From a virus: a DNA stretch of 45,006 nt. Within the stretch, counting starts at the first letter, position 1, and the number at the start of each line of letters is the position of its first letter. Position numbers and translations under genes: made by a program. This document shows positions 8,976 to 17,238 of the stretch, one piece after another. Below the pieces are notes generated by a model, which ran no database searches, was not told the origin of the DNA, and worked only from the letters and a program-made list of their open reading frames with translations. Location: UHGV virus genome UHGV-0250353; one strand, 5' to 3'.

Positions 8976-9331
8976 TTTCTCACCTGAATAAAATACGCCA
9001 CGACATCATCGTTAACCATCTTCTTCTCGATACCTACGACAGACCATTGCTCGCCGCCGGATTGCACCTTGTCTTCCATTTTCGGGACGACACTGCAATC
9101 CGCTTTAACAATCATGTCGCCCGCCTGAATCGTCGTACCGTTCACCAGTCCTGCGTTAACAGGAACCGGAACAGCTTTCAACGGCAGCACTTCATCCGCG
9201 GACCGGACATACTCACCGAGAACTTCATCCCACACTTTCGAGCCAGCGCGAACAAGAGATACCGTGCTACCGAATTTGGTTAGCAGGCGTGTACCGACGC
9301 CTTGCATACGTTTACTGAAAGCGGTGCTCAT
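8972..9331 (-). CDS. head-tail adaptor-like protein (putative)
   Basis: ATG 9331 with AGAGGTG RBS preferred over upstream ATG 9412 of ORF track. Confidence 0.5.
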   Translation of the reverse strand: MSTAFSKRMQGVGTRLLTKFGSTVSLVRAGSKVWDEVLGEYVRSADEVLPLKAVPVPVNAGLVNGTTIQAGDMIVKADCSVVPKMEDKVQSGGEQWSVVGIEKKMVNDDVVAYFIQVRK

Positions 9332-9425
9332 TTTAGCACCTCTTGCAGCGTCAAAAGAACACCGTAACTGTGCAAGACTGCTGCGGTAAGAAAACCAAAA
9401 ACTACACCACATGTGAACTTATTCA

Positions 9426-10040
9426 TCAGGCGGCCTCCAGTCTCGAGATAACCAGTAATGCGGATGGTGCTGTTCCCCATGCGGTTACGGTAGCCGCTTG
9501 TGGATATACGCCGCCGAAGTTGCTTCCGGCGCTATCCCGCATAATCTGAACGGCAAACGTCTGGCCTGCGGTTGTGTTAATAACGACGCGAGATTCAATC
9601 GGGATTGTAGTATCAGCACTTACCAGTTTAGTAGCTGCTGGCGAGCCGTACTGTGCGCCGTTAAGAAGAGTGCGCGATAACAGAATAGACGTCCCGCTAG
9701 CACCGGAGCGCCCTGCCTGTAACTTGATGCGAACGGCGTAGTTACCCGCAATGTTGAACGTAACCAGTCCCGCAGCATTAATCATTACCGGGTCTGAGGC
9801 GCTACCCTGCGCGGGACCGAAAGTTAACTGCAATGCCGTATCTACCGCGGTAGGCGCTTGTGTTACGGTAGACGCGGCACGGAGAACTTCAACCTCTTTA
9901 ACACCGGGAGTGGCGTAAATAGGTGAGTCCGCCATCTGTGTCATTACTTCGCGTAACTTCTCGGGTGTGATAAGCCCGGTGGTGTTATCGGGAAGGTTCG
10001 CTCCGATAAGGGCGAACATCTCTGTTTTAGTCTTCGCCAT
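9426..10040 (-). CDS. virion structural protein (function unknown)
   Basis: 204 aa ORF in head-tail joining region. Confidence 0.5.
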   Translation of the reverse strand: MAKTKTEMFALIGANLPDNTTGLITPEKLREVMTQMADSPIYATPGVKEVEVLRAASTVTQAPTAVDTALQLTFGPAQGSASDPVMINAAGLVTFNIAGNYAVRIKLQAGRSGASGTSILLSRTLLNGAQYGSPAATKLVSADTTIPIESRVVINTTAGQTFAVQIMRDSAGSNFGGVYPQAATVTAWGTAPSALLVISRLEAA

Positions 10041-10042
10041 TT

Positions 10043-10555
10043 TTAGCCCCGGTACACGTTAAAAGAGAAGCCATTGTTAAGACCACCACACAGTAACGGG
10101 CGCAAGGCGTCGTCGGCGGCAGTAATAGCGGTAGTAGCCCCACTGCTGCCGTTGTTGAAGTATGTCACGGTAACTGCACCTTCCACGCGCTCAGTCTGCA
10201 CGGAGCGACCGTCCGAGTTAGCACGCACTTCTGTGCCCGCCCCATACGTGGCGGACGCGATTACCTGCGCAAGAATTACCTGTTTCGGAATGGCATTGTT
10301 AGCTACCGGGAATCCGTTTAACGTTACCCCCGTGCGAGGGTACGCCAGAGGCTGTTCGGCGGATACGCGGCGACCGCACATCTGCGGTTCTGCAAGCCCT
10401 ACGTAAGTAGCGCCGTTGCGCAGAGCTACTTCGGCGGCGGTATCGTCTTCCGGTAGCTCAAGGCCATAATTAGCCGCTAACGCGCGGGCGTCAACCAGAC
10501 TAATGTAACTGTCGGCGTTAGGTACTATCGACCCATCTTCCACGATTAGCGGCAT
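10043..10555 (-). CDS. head-tail connector-like protein (DnaT-like N-terminus)
   Basis: N-terminus MPLIVEDGSIVPNADSYISLVDARALAANYG typical of a phage structural family (from memory). Confidence 0.45.
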   Translation of the reverse strand: MPLIVEDGSIVPNADSYISLVDARALAANYGLELPEDDTAAEVALRNGATYVGLAEPQMCGRRVSAEQPLAYPRTGVTLNGFPVANNAIPKQVILAQVIASATYGAGTEVRANSDGRSVQTERVEGAVTVTYFNNGSSGATTAITAADDALRPLLCGGLNNGFSFNVYRG

Positions 10556-10558
10556 AAA

Positions 10559-10738
10559 TTATTCCTCTGACTTACGGCGACGACGCTTAGTACCACCGCC
10601 GTTGTTGTGCGCTTCTTCGTTGTCCGGTTGGGTTGCAACCAGTTCATCAGCCTCTACCACACCGCGAACGGGCATCACCTGACCGTCAACAACGTCAACG
10701 TGGGTGTACTTTTCGCGGATTACATAATTATCTGCCAT
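10559..10738 (-). CDS. small hypothetical protein (59 aa, basic C-terminus)
   Basis: ATG 10738 with AAGGAAAGG RBS; not in ORF track (below size cut-off); hand translation. Confidence 0.4.
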   Translation of the reverse strand: MADNYVIREKYTHVDVVDGQVMPVRGVVEADELVATQPDNEEAHNNGGGTKRRRRKSEE

Positions 10739-10774
10739 GACCTTTCCTTATTACGGCCCCGAAGGGCCGTTGTA

Positions 10775-11125
10775 TTAAGACACAGTTGCTACAGTGCTGC
10801 TGGAGATAATATTACCATACACATCGTGAACAACCACTTTATACGTGCCTGAATCTGCGGTAGTAGTGGACGCCTTCGCATAGGTAGCAGCGTTTGCCCC
10901 GGCGATCGCGTTGTTGTTCTTGTACCACTGGTAGGAATATGGCTCCAGACCGCCGGTTACCGCGACGGTCAGGGTCATAGTCTGCCCCGCCGTAACTGCG
11001 GTGGTAGCCGCGAGCGCGGTAGAAAAAGATGCTGGTGAGATATTCGCCATGTCGATTTCAACCTGACCGTCGGCAGGAGAATCGTCAGAAACACCGGTAA
11101 TACGACGTTTAATTACATCAACCAT
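10775..11125 (-). CDS. Ig-like domain protein (possible capsid decoration)
   Basis: TLTVAVTGGLEPYSYQWYKNNNAI...SGTYKVVVHDVYGN Ig-like pattern; AAAGGAG RBS. Confidence 0.5.
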   Translation of the reverse strand: MVDVIKRRITGVSDDSPADGQVEIDMANISPASFSTALAATTAVTAGQTMTLTVAVTGGLEPYSYQWYKNNNAIAGANAATYAKASTTTADSGTYKVVVHDVYGNIISSSTVATVS

Positions 11126-11137
11126 TTTTAAGCTCCT

Positions 11138-11437
11138 TTAGCTTACAGTTCCTGCGTTTTTAAGCGCGGTTAACAGGTTCGCTACGGTAGTGCGCAGCGC
11201 GGTAACATCGGTTCGGAGTTTATTGTACTCCGCTACAAGCGCATCAAACTCTGCCTTAGTCGGGTCTGCGGCGGCCTGAACTCCGGCAGCGGCAGTAATG
11301 GCCGCGGGTGCAGCTACAGTAGCTGACTTTTTAACCCCACCAACTACGCTGGTAGTAGCAGGCGTCACTGGGATATCTAGGTCGCTAAAGTCAACGTTCT
11401 GAAGGCTGCGCGGTAAGCCTTTTCCGGTCTTAGCCAT
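11138..11437 (-). CDS. hypothetical structural protein
   Basis: 99 aa, AAGAGGT RBS, directly downstream of capsid gene. Confidence 0.5.
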   Translation of the reverse strand: MAKTGKGLPRSLQNVDFSDLDIPVTPATTSVVGGVKKSATVAAPAAITAAAGVQAAADPTKAEFDALVAEYNKLRTDVTALRTTVANLLTALKNAGTVS

Positions 11438-11444
11438 AATTTAC

Positions 11445-11480
11445 CTCTTAGTAAATGAAAAGAGGGACCGAAGTCCCTCT
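11445..11480 (-). terminator. hairpin AGAGGGAC-CGAA-GTCCCTCT, attenuator after capsid gene
   Basis: 8-bp stem read directly; U-rich tract on minus RNA after the stem. Confidence 0.45.
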
Positions 11481-11496
11481 CGATTATAGCTTAACC

Positions 11497-12546
11497 TTAA
11501 GCACCGACACCAGTTACCAGGAAGGCAATCGGTACATGCTTACGCTCAACAACGCGGTTCCAGTTGGAGGCGTTCGCCAGGTCCTGCCAGGAAGCAGAGC
11601 GTGCGACAGTCTCGGTGCCGTTGCCGGTGATTACCGCGCTGGTGAAGCTGTAGCCCAGTGGGTGCAGCAACCAGGTCTTACGGGTCCACAGGGTTTCAAC
11701 GCCGCCGCCGTTACCGCGAGACGCTTCACGCTCGTATTCCAGCGGGTTTGACGGATTACCTTCACCGTAACCGATAGCGCCGTTACCGAAGATGGTGGAG
11801 ATGAACTTACGGCTAGGACCAGTACCGACTACGGTCATGCTGTCGTCAACAATCACGCGGTAGCCCTGGTAGGTGGCGAACATGGTGTTGTTGTCAGCGT
11901 CTTTGATGAAGTCAATAAGCTGCTGCTTACGGGCCTGCGCATAAACGAAACTGTGCATCGCGATAGCACCCAGTACTTCACCACCGTTACCCATCAGAGC
12001 ATCGCCCATGGTCTGGGTAGCGTCGATGAATGCGCCCGCGTCGAAGCCCAGAGTCGCGGACACGTCTACTACCATGTCGTTCTGCTCGTGGTAAGCATCG
12101 GTCGCGGCAACGTTGTCGTTGTACAGGCCGAGCGCAGTGGCAATCAGACGGCGTTGTGCCTGACGCTGCCAGAAGTTATCCAGACGGGACGCTACAGATT
12201 GCAGCGGGTTCTGGCTGGTCAGTTCGACAGTCAGGTCAGCCTGGCCAAAACCTTCGTTCAGGTACGCAACGCGCGCCATCATCTCACCGGTCTGCACGTT
12301 ACGCGGGGTTGCGATGTCCTGGTATACGTCGTTCGAGTAGTTTGGCTCGATAGAGGTATCAATCGCTTTCCAGAAAGGAATATTAGCGACGTTGGACGGG
12401 CCACGAGCAATCTCGGCAGCGTACGGGGTCGGGGTAAGGATACCGGACTGGAAGAACGCGGTTTTTTCTACCGGGTCTTCTGTCATGTAAGACGCCAGGA
12501 CCGGGATGTTGCCAGTTACGATATCGCCGATAGTGGTAATTGCCAT
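11497..12546 (-). CDS. major capsid protein
   Basis: 349 aa, GAGGA RBS, preceded by scaffold-like gene and followed by attenuator hairpin. Confidence 0.75.
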   Translation of the reverse strand: MAITTIGDIVTGNIPVLASYMTEDPVEKTAFFQSGILTPTPYAAEIARGPSNVANIPFWKAIDTSIEPNYSNDVYQDIATPRNVQTGEMMARVAYLNEGFGQADLTVELTSQNPLQSVASRLDNFWQRQAQRRLIATALGLYNDNVAATDAYHEQNDMVVDVSATLGFDAGAFIDATQTMGDALMGNGGEVLGAIAMHSFVYAQARKQQLIDFIKDADNNTMFATYQGYRVIVDDSMTVVGTGPSRKFISTIFGNGAIGYGEGNPSNPLEYEREASRGNGGGVETLWTRKTWLLHPLGYSFTSAVITGNGTETVARSASWQDLANASNWNRVVERKHVPIAFLVTGVGA

Positions 12547-12548
12547 TA

Positions 12549-13250
12549 TTATTTCCTCAGGGCTTTAAGTTGCCGTTCAAATTCGGCAGGGTTCGATTTA
12601 TACAGAGCTAAACGCTCCGCTTCACTCATGTCTTTAAACGCTGGTGCGGCCCCGCCGCCTTTGCTACCGGAAGCCCCGCCGCCGGAAGCTGCATTTGCTT
12701 TAATCAAATGCGAAAACGCTTTGTGTTCACGCAGGTATTTGCGGAACTGTTCCGGGTCAGTCGTGATTACGTTGCCGTCTGCTCCGACAAACTTAGTAAC
12801 CACGTCATCGCCTTCAAACTCGGTCTTAACGAACGGAGCCAGGATGTCCACTGCTTCCGGGGTGATAAAGTCACCCGCGAAAGAGCCTAACACCGCTTTA
12901 CGTTCGCTGCCGAGGATACGCTCCGCCATTCTGGAGATGCGGCCGTCTTTCTCGGCTAACACCGGGTCATACTGGCTACGAATCGTCTTTTCAAACTCGT
13001 CCATCTTACCAGCGGCTTTTAACGCCTCCTGGTGTGCGCGCTGCCGTTCTTCTTCGGCCTCTTTTGCTTTGCGAGCGGCTTCTTTCTTCTCCGCCAGCAA
13101 TGCTTCCTGATTAGCCTTAAGCCCGGCTACTTCTTTCTCAATCAGCGCCTGAACTTCTTCAGCGGTGAACATTTTCGGCGCATCACCGCCGCCAGATTTA
13201 TCTTCTGTCCCAGCTTCTTCCTGGAACGGATAACGTAAAAAACGATTCAT
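12549..13250 (-). CDS. scaffolding protein
   Basis: ATG 13250 (MNRFLRY...) with AGGGGA RBS; charged alpha-helical composition; immediately upstream of capsid gene. Confidence 0.6.
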   Translation of the reverse strand: MNRFLRYPFQEEAGTEDKSGGGDAPKMFTAEEVQALIEKEVAGLKANQEALLAEKKEAARKAKEAEEERQRAHQEALKAAGKMDEFEKTIRSQYDPVLAEKDGRISRMAERILGSERKAVLGSFAGDFITPEAVDILAPFVKTEFEGDDVVTKFVGADGNVITTDPEQFRKYLREHKAFSHLIKANAASGGGASGSKGGGAAPAFKDMSEAERLALYKSNPAEFERQLKALRK

Positions 13251-13332
13251 AGTCAGTATGTCCCCTGGACGTTGGAATCCGGGCCACCCGGATTTACATG
13301 TCAAGAATAAATTATTCCAACATGCAAGGCAA

Positions 13333-13596
13333 CTATTCCAGAATATTCCTCACGTAATCCTGCAACATGAACACTTTCAGCCTCAGTTGCCGTACACATT
13401 CAGCGTTCTGAACGTCGATAGCCAAATCCTCGTCAGCATCACTACTTGGCGGTGCCAGCTTGCACGGCGGCTGCATCATTGTCGTATCCGGGGATGGAAT
13501 TGGCGTTTGCGACGGCGCGGGACTTGAGTTGCACGCGCTCAGGGTCAAAAGTGCACACGCTGCGGCTAGGCGTTTTAATGTACTTAACGACTTCAC
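13333..13596 (-). CDS. o-spanin (Rz1-like outer membrane lipoprotein)
   Basis: GTG start with GAGGTG RBS; signal peptide plus lipobox LTLSAC; Pro-rich mature part; overlaps 3' end of Rz-like gene in another frame. Confidence 0.6.
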   Translation of the reverse strand: MKSLSTLKRLAAACALLTLSACNSSPAPSQTPIPSPDTTMMQPPCKLAPPSSDADEDLAIDVQNAECVRQLRLKVFMLQDYVRNILE

Positions 13597-13828
13597 GGGT
13601 AATCACCTCTGATTTCGTCTTGCCTTCGTTGTCGGCGGCTGCGGCCTTTGACTCATCCTGCTGCTGCCGTTGTGTCTTCTTAGCTAACTCAGCCTTCGCT
13701 TTTTGGGTTTGTTCGGTAACGAGGTCAAGCCGTCCCGCATCCCAGCCGCGGTTGTATTGGTACCCCCCGTACAGCCATACCGTAAGCAAGCCTGCCGCCG
13801 TTAGTGTTGCTGTGTTGCTTAGATTCAT
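13442..13828 (-). CDS. i-spanin (Rz-like)
   Basis: N-terminal TM helix then charged coiled-coil region; contains overlapping lipoprotein gene. Confidence 0.65.
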   Translation of the reverse strand: MNLSNTATLTAAGLLTVWLYGGYQYNRGWDAGRLDLVTEQTQKAKAELAKKTQRQQQDESKAAAADNEGKTKSEVITREVVKYIKTPSRSVCTFDPERVQLKSRAVANANSIPGYDNDAAAVQAGTAK

Positions 13829-13852
13829 GTTTCCCCTTTCTCGATAAGTAAA

Positions 13853-13872
13853 GCCCCGCCTTAAAGCGGGGC
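13853..13872 (-). terminator. hairpin GCCCCGC-CUUAAA-GCGGGGC just upstream of Rz RBS
   Basis: 7-bp GC stem read directly; weak U tract; may be attenuator or RNA stabiliser. Confidence 0.35.
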
Positions 13873-13935
13873 GCTAGTCCTTATCATTTAAACATAGAAA
13901 CGGCGTAATCTCAGTAAACCAGTTACTCTTTACAC

Positions 13936-14071
13936 AAGCAAAAGAGTATGGCCCTTCCGAACGCGTCAGCGTAACTACACTCAGGACTTACGTCCCGCTC
14001 CGTTACCTGCCCGCGCCGCGGTCGCTCGTTCATACTTCACAAGCTCAGGTGGAGCTTATCATATTTTTAGT
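13936..14071 (-). repeat. conserved noncoding element, copy A (candidate structured RNA / leader)
   Basis: about 88 percent identical by hand alignment to 26454..26590; compensatory hairpin 13974..13985; no conserved ORF. Confidence 0.6.
14043..14071 (-). promoter_or_regulatory. candidate extended -10 promoter TTGACT-N17-TGaTAAGCT inside copy A
   Basis: hexamers read on minus strand; conserved in copy B. Confidence 0.4.
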
Positions 14072-14144
14072 GAAAAGTCAACTATTCGAATAGTTTATTC
14101 CAACATTTACAATTGATTGGAATAACTGGAATAATTACGAGCCA

Positions 14145-14165
14145 TAAAAAGCCCCTTTCGGGGCT
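14145..14165 (-). terminator. intrinsic terminator AGCCCC-UUUC-GGGGCU with U5 on minus RNA
   Basis: stem and A-run (plus) read directly, immediately after stop of 14171..14632. Confidence 0.55.
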
Positions 14166-14170
14166 TCAGT

Positions 14171-14632
14171 TTATTCTGGCTTAGTCACCTTCGCCGCTTT
14201 GCTTACACCCTCTACACCATCGGCATCGGTAACTTTAACGAAGTATTCACCGACCACATTAACCGTCAGAGACAGAGCTTCTTCTGGGGCGTTGACTACT
14301 TCCTTACCGTCTTTGTACCAGGTCAGCACATACGGCGCTTTGCCCGCCTTAACTTCGACAGTGATAGTTGCGCTGCCGTCTGCCAGTTCCGCATCCTGCG
14401 GTTGCACAGAGAAATACACGTCGCCAGCGTCCGCCAGATACGGAATCTCATAAAGCATACCCGCCGCGGGCAGCGCGATGCCTGTTTTATCCGCAAACGG
14501 CATATCGTCTACCGGTGTACCGAGTACACTTTCGTCTTCAATAAACACCACGTTCTCACCAGAGCCGGATACACGGGCGTACTGGACTACGCGGCGCGCG
14601 GGTACATCGGTTACTTTGAAAAAGCCCATCAT
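14171..14632 (-). CDS. Ig-like domain protein
   Basis: TITVEVKAGKAPYVLTWYKDGKEV...YFVKVTDADG Ig-like pattern. Confidence 0.5.
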   Translation of the reverse strand: MMGFFKVTDVPARRVVQYARVSGSGENVVFIEDESVLGTPVDDMPFADKTGIALPAAGMLYEIPYLADAGDVYFSVQPQDAELADGSATITVEVKAGKAPYVLTWYKDGKEVVNAPEEALSLTVNVVGEYFVKVTDADGVEGVSKAAKVTKPE

Positions 14633-15708
14633 TATTCCCCTTTCAGATAATCAGCAACACGTTTATCGAGTTCCGCCATCTGCTTAAGCGTGAGCGGATT
14701 CCCGAAACCATCTACAGATATTACGCGAAACTCTTCCGGCGATATACCGCTGTTACGGAAAATCTTACCGCGAACAGGGCCGAGTGCTTCATCCACGAAC
14801 CATGCCGGTTGTTGTTTAAGGAACTCGTAGTAAGTAGTGTCCGCGCTTACCTGAGTACCCCCGTCGGCACCCTTAGCTGCACGTTTTGCACCTTTATCCA
14901 AGAAGTCGAACTCAGAGCTGATTACTGGCGCAGTGGTACTCCGGCAATTCGGATGTGCTGGCGGCATCGGCCCCTTACCGATTTCCCACGTCATTCCGTC
15001 TCTGGCCCTACAAATCGTACTGGTACGGCTGTCCAGCGTCGACACCCACTCGTACTTCTCGATGATGTCGTCGTTCTGGCGGTACGTCTCGTTACGGGCT
15101 TCGTTGGATATGTGAGACAGCGCGGTGCGGATTACCGTAGCCGCGTTGCGCTCAGAGATGTCGGCCAGGCCACCAGCGCCAACAACATTCTTAACAATCT
15201 GCCGTGTTGTCTGGCCTTGTACAAAGCCCATCTTAACGCCGGTTACCAGGCGCGCGACTTCTGTTTCACCCCAGCCTGACATCAGCTTAGTGAAATCAAC
15301 AGGCTTGTCGCTTAACGATAGCGGCTGAAACTCGGCAGCGGCCCACACCTGTTCAGCAGTGGGTGTAACAAATTCCGCGTCTACGTTAGCCGTCAGCGTT
15401 TTTACATTCCACTCCGCTTCATACGCCGCCAGTTCTTTAAGGTCTTCTGTCAGCTTTGTTTGCCAGTCGCCTGTAAGTCCGCTCAGTGCTTCTTCCAGGT
15501 CGCGTAACAATTTATTCAGTCGCGCAGTGCTGCGACCGTCGTCGCCGAATAACAGCACCTGCCGTTTGATTTCGTCTCGCATTTCCTGAAGAAACGGCGC
15601 AAGGTCTTTCACTTCACCGGATGCGGTGCGTTGCAGCCATATCTGGTGGCTGATTAGGGATGTAAGTAAGCTCATAGTTAAATCCTGTGGCGCTAAAGTT
15701 AATAGCAT
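14632..15708 (-). CDS. head morphogenesis protein (Mu F / SPP1 gp7-like)
   Basis: signature TSTICRARDGMTWEIGKGPMPPAHPNCRSTT; located after portal. Confidence 0.75.
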   Translation of the reverse strand: MLLTLAPQDLTMSLLTSLISHQIWLQRTASGEVKDLAPFLQEMRDEIKRQVLLFGDDGRSTARLNKLLRDLEEALSGLTGDWQTKLTEDLKELAAYEAEWNVKTLTANVDAEFVTPTAEQVWAAAEFQPLSLSDKPVDFTKLMSGWGETEVARLVTGVKMGFVQGQTTRQIVKNVVGAGGLADISERNAATVIRTALSHISNEARNETYRQNDDIIEKYEWVSTLDSRTSTICRARDGMTWEIGKGPMPPAHPNCRSTTAPVISSEFDFLDKGAKRAAKGADGGTQVSADTTYYEFLKQQPAWFVDEALGPVRGKIFRNSGISPEEFRVISVDGFGNPLTLKQMAELDKRVADYLKGE

Positions 15709-15713
15709 ACTAT

Positions 15714-15734
15714 AAGAAAGCCCCTTTCGGGGCT
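15714..15734 (-). terminator. hairpin AGCCCC-UUUC-GGGGCU after portal gene (same 18-nt sequence as 14148..14165)
   Basis: read directly; U-rich tract follows on minus RNA. Confidence 0.4.
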
Positions 15735-15744
15735 ATATGCGAAC

Positions 15745-17226
15745 TTACTGCTGGGCGGTGTCTTGTTGCTGCGCCGACTGCGGAATCTCCCCCGCTACCG
15801 GAGTAGCAGCACCCAACGGCAGCGGCGCATCCTCAATAGCGTTCTGAATGTCCTCGTCGGTCCAGTCGGTTACCCCCGCCTTACGCAACGCAGCATAATA
15901 AGCGGTAGCTGGTAGTAGGCCTGCGTTAATATCCACCATCCACTGTGCACGGTCCTGAGCGGTCATCGGCTGCAGGAAGAACTCCATATTCAGCTTGAAC
16001 TCAATCTCTGTGCCTTCACGCAGCCCTAGCATCGCGGCTACCCAGCGCAACGCATCGGTATACGCCATGCTTACATTACGCGCGATTGTCGCCATAACAG
16101 ACGTATCAGCGCCACGTTGCAGGCGGGCCGATTCTGCAGTGATTTGCTGCGTCGGGGTAATAAGCTGCGCACCAATCTGAATGGCCTGATTCTCTTTATC
16201 CAGCATGTTCTGCTTGGCGAGATTGTTCTCTCCGGCCTGAACCAGAAACGCATTACCGCCGTAGCCAATGTTGTGGCCTGAACGCGACCCCATGCGCACG
16301 CCGTGAGGGTTGGCTTCGGTCCACTGTTCCATGCTCATATTCTCACCAGGGGCGATGAACAGAGTGGGCTGGCCCACGACGAAGCTGGATTCCTCATTAT
16401 CGGCGCTGTTGCGGAAATGCCCGATATTAAGCTCAGCTAACGGTAGCAAAGGTGCGTCGTCAATGGTGGCATCGTTGTTGCTCGCCCCGATGAACGTGAA
16501 CGGGATTTTGCCGCGTAACTGTCCGCCAAGTTCCGGGAAGATTTCTTTTACTTCACCCTGAGCGCCACCTTCGGCATCGAAGCGGTAAATACGCTGGCGG
16601 TAGCGCCCGTCAATCAAATCGAGAACGCGGTATTGCTCACCGAACTTTGTTTCGAACTCCGCGCCCGGTTCCGAGTATTCCCACACCTCGCGCAACACGA
16701 CCATCGTCACCCGGTTAACAGAACCGATGCGTGTCAGTCGCCAGTTGATGATGTTCTCTGCGGTGTAGAATGCGATGACCGGGTTTAATAATCCCGCGTT
16801 CTGTTCGGCTGCCGTTGCCGCAGCAGTCTCCGGCGCGTCCACCAGCAACCCACCACGGCCTACCGAGTCAATCTCCATTAGCGTATCCTGCGCGTGCTGC
16901 CACAGTCCGACACCGGAACCGTCGGCATTGCGTAACAGGTACTCAAGCTCAGGCGGGATAATCTGCTCAGGGTCTTTGCGCATCACTGACCCCACCATCC
17001 CAGCCAGGGTACGTTTAGTGAAGTTGTAGCAGATAGCGCCGTTCTCGTATTCTTCCTGTCGCTGTGCCGCGTAGGTCGGGTCAGGCTCGTTCTTCCCGAC
17101 GTTGCGCAGGTAGCGGATAAGGTCGCCCTCCAGCGCGTGGCGTACCTTCTGCCATTTATCGAAGTGGTGCAGCCATTCCCGGTGTTTTGTCTTAACACCC
17201 TGATTCTGACCGTTCATAGTTAACAT
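15745..17226 (-). CDS. portal protein
   Basis: 493 aa directly downstream of terminase large subunit; GAGGA RBS. Confidence 0.75.
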   Translation of the reverse strand: MLTMNGQNQGVKTKHREWLHHFDKWQKVRHALEGDLIRYLRNVGKNEPDPTYAAQRQEEYENGAICYNFTKRTLAGMVGSVMRKDPEQIIPPELEYLLRNADGSGVGLWQHAQDTLMEIDSVGRGGLLVDAPETAAATAAEQNAGLLNPVIAFYTAENIINWRLTRIGSVNRVTMVVLREVWEYSEPGAEFETKFGEQYRVLDLIDGRYRQRIYRFDAEGGAQGEVKEIFPELGGQLRGKIPFTFIGASNNDATIDDAPLLPLAELNIGHFRNSADNEESSFVVGQPTLFIAPGENMSMEQWTEANPHGVRMGSRSGHNIGYGGNAFLVQAGENNLAKQNMLDKENQAIQIGAQLITPTQQITAESARLQRGADTSVMATIARNVSMAYTDALRWVAAMLGLREGTEIEFKLNMEFFLQPMTAQDRAQWMVDINAGLLPATAYYAALRKAGVTDWTDEDIQNAIEDAPLPLGAATPVAGEIPQSAQQQDTAQQ

Positions 17227-17238
17227 TTAATAATCCTC

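Noticed and set aside
11953-13110. 385-aa plus-strand ORF overlapping capsid and scaffold genes
   Set aside because: Antisense to two well-supported structural genes, low-complexity Arg/Ser/Ala-rich translation, no RBS; shadow ORF.
13936-14071. Possibility that the repeated element encodes a small protein
   Set aside because: Plus frame stops after 8 codons in copy A; the shared minus-frame peptide diverges by a frameshift and by non-conservative changes, whereas nucleotide changes are pair-compensating.
14081-14092. CTATTCGAATAG palindrome next to element copy A as an operator site
   Set aside because: Half-sites are in reversed order and without the 4-nt spacer relative to the operator family, and no promoter hexamers flank it.
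15709-15713. TACTAT hexamer upstream of hairpin 15719..15734 as another operator-type promoter
   Set aside because: No -35 element at 17-nt spacing and no GAATAG/CTATTC palindrome; treated as chance occurrence.
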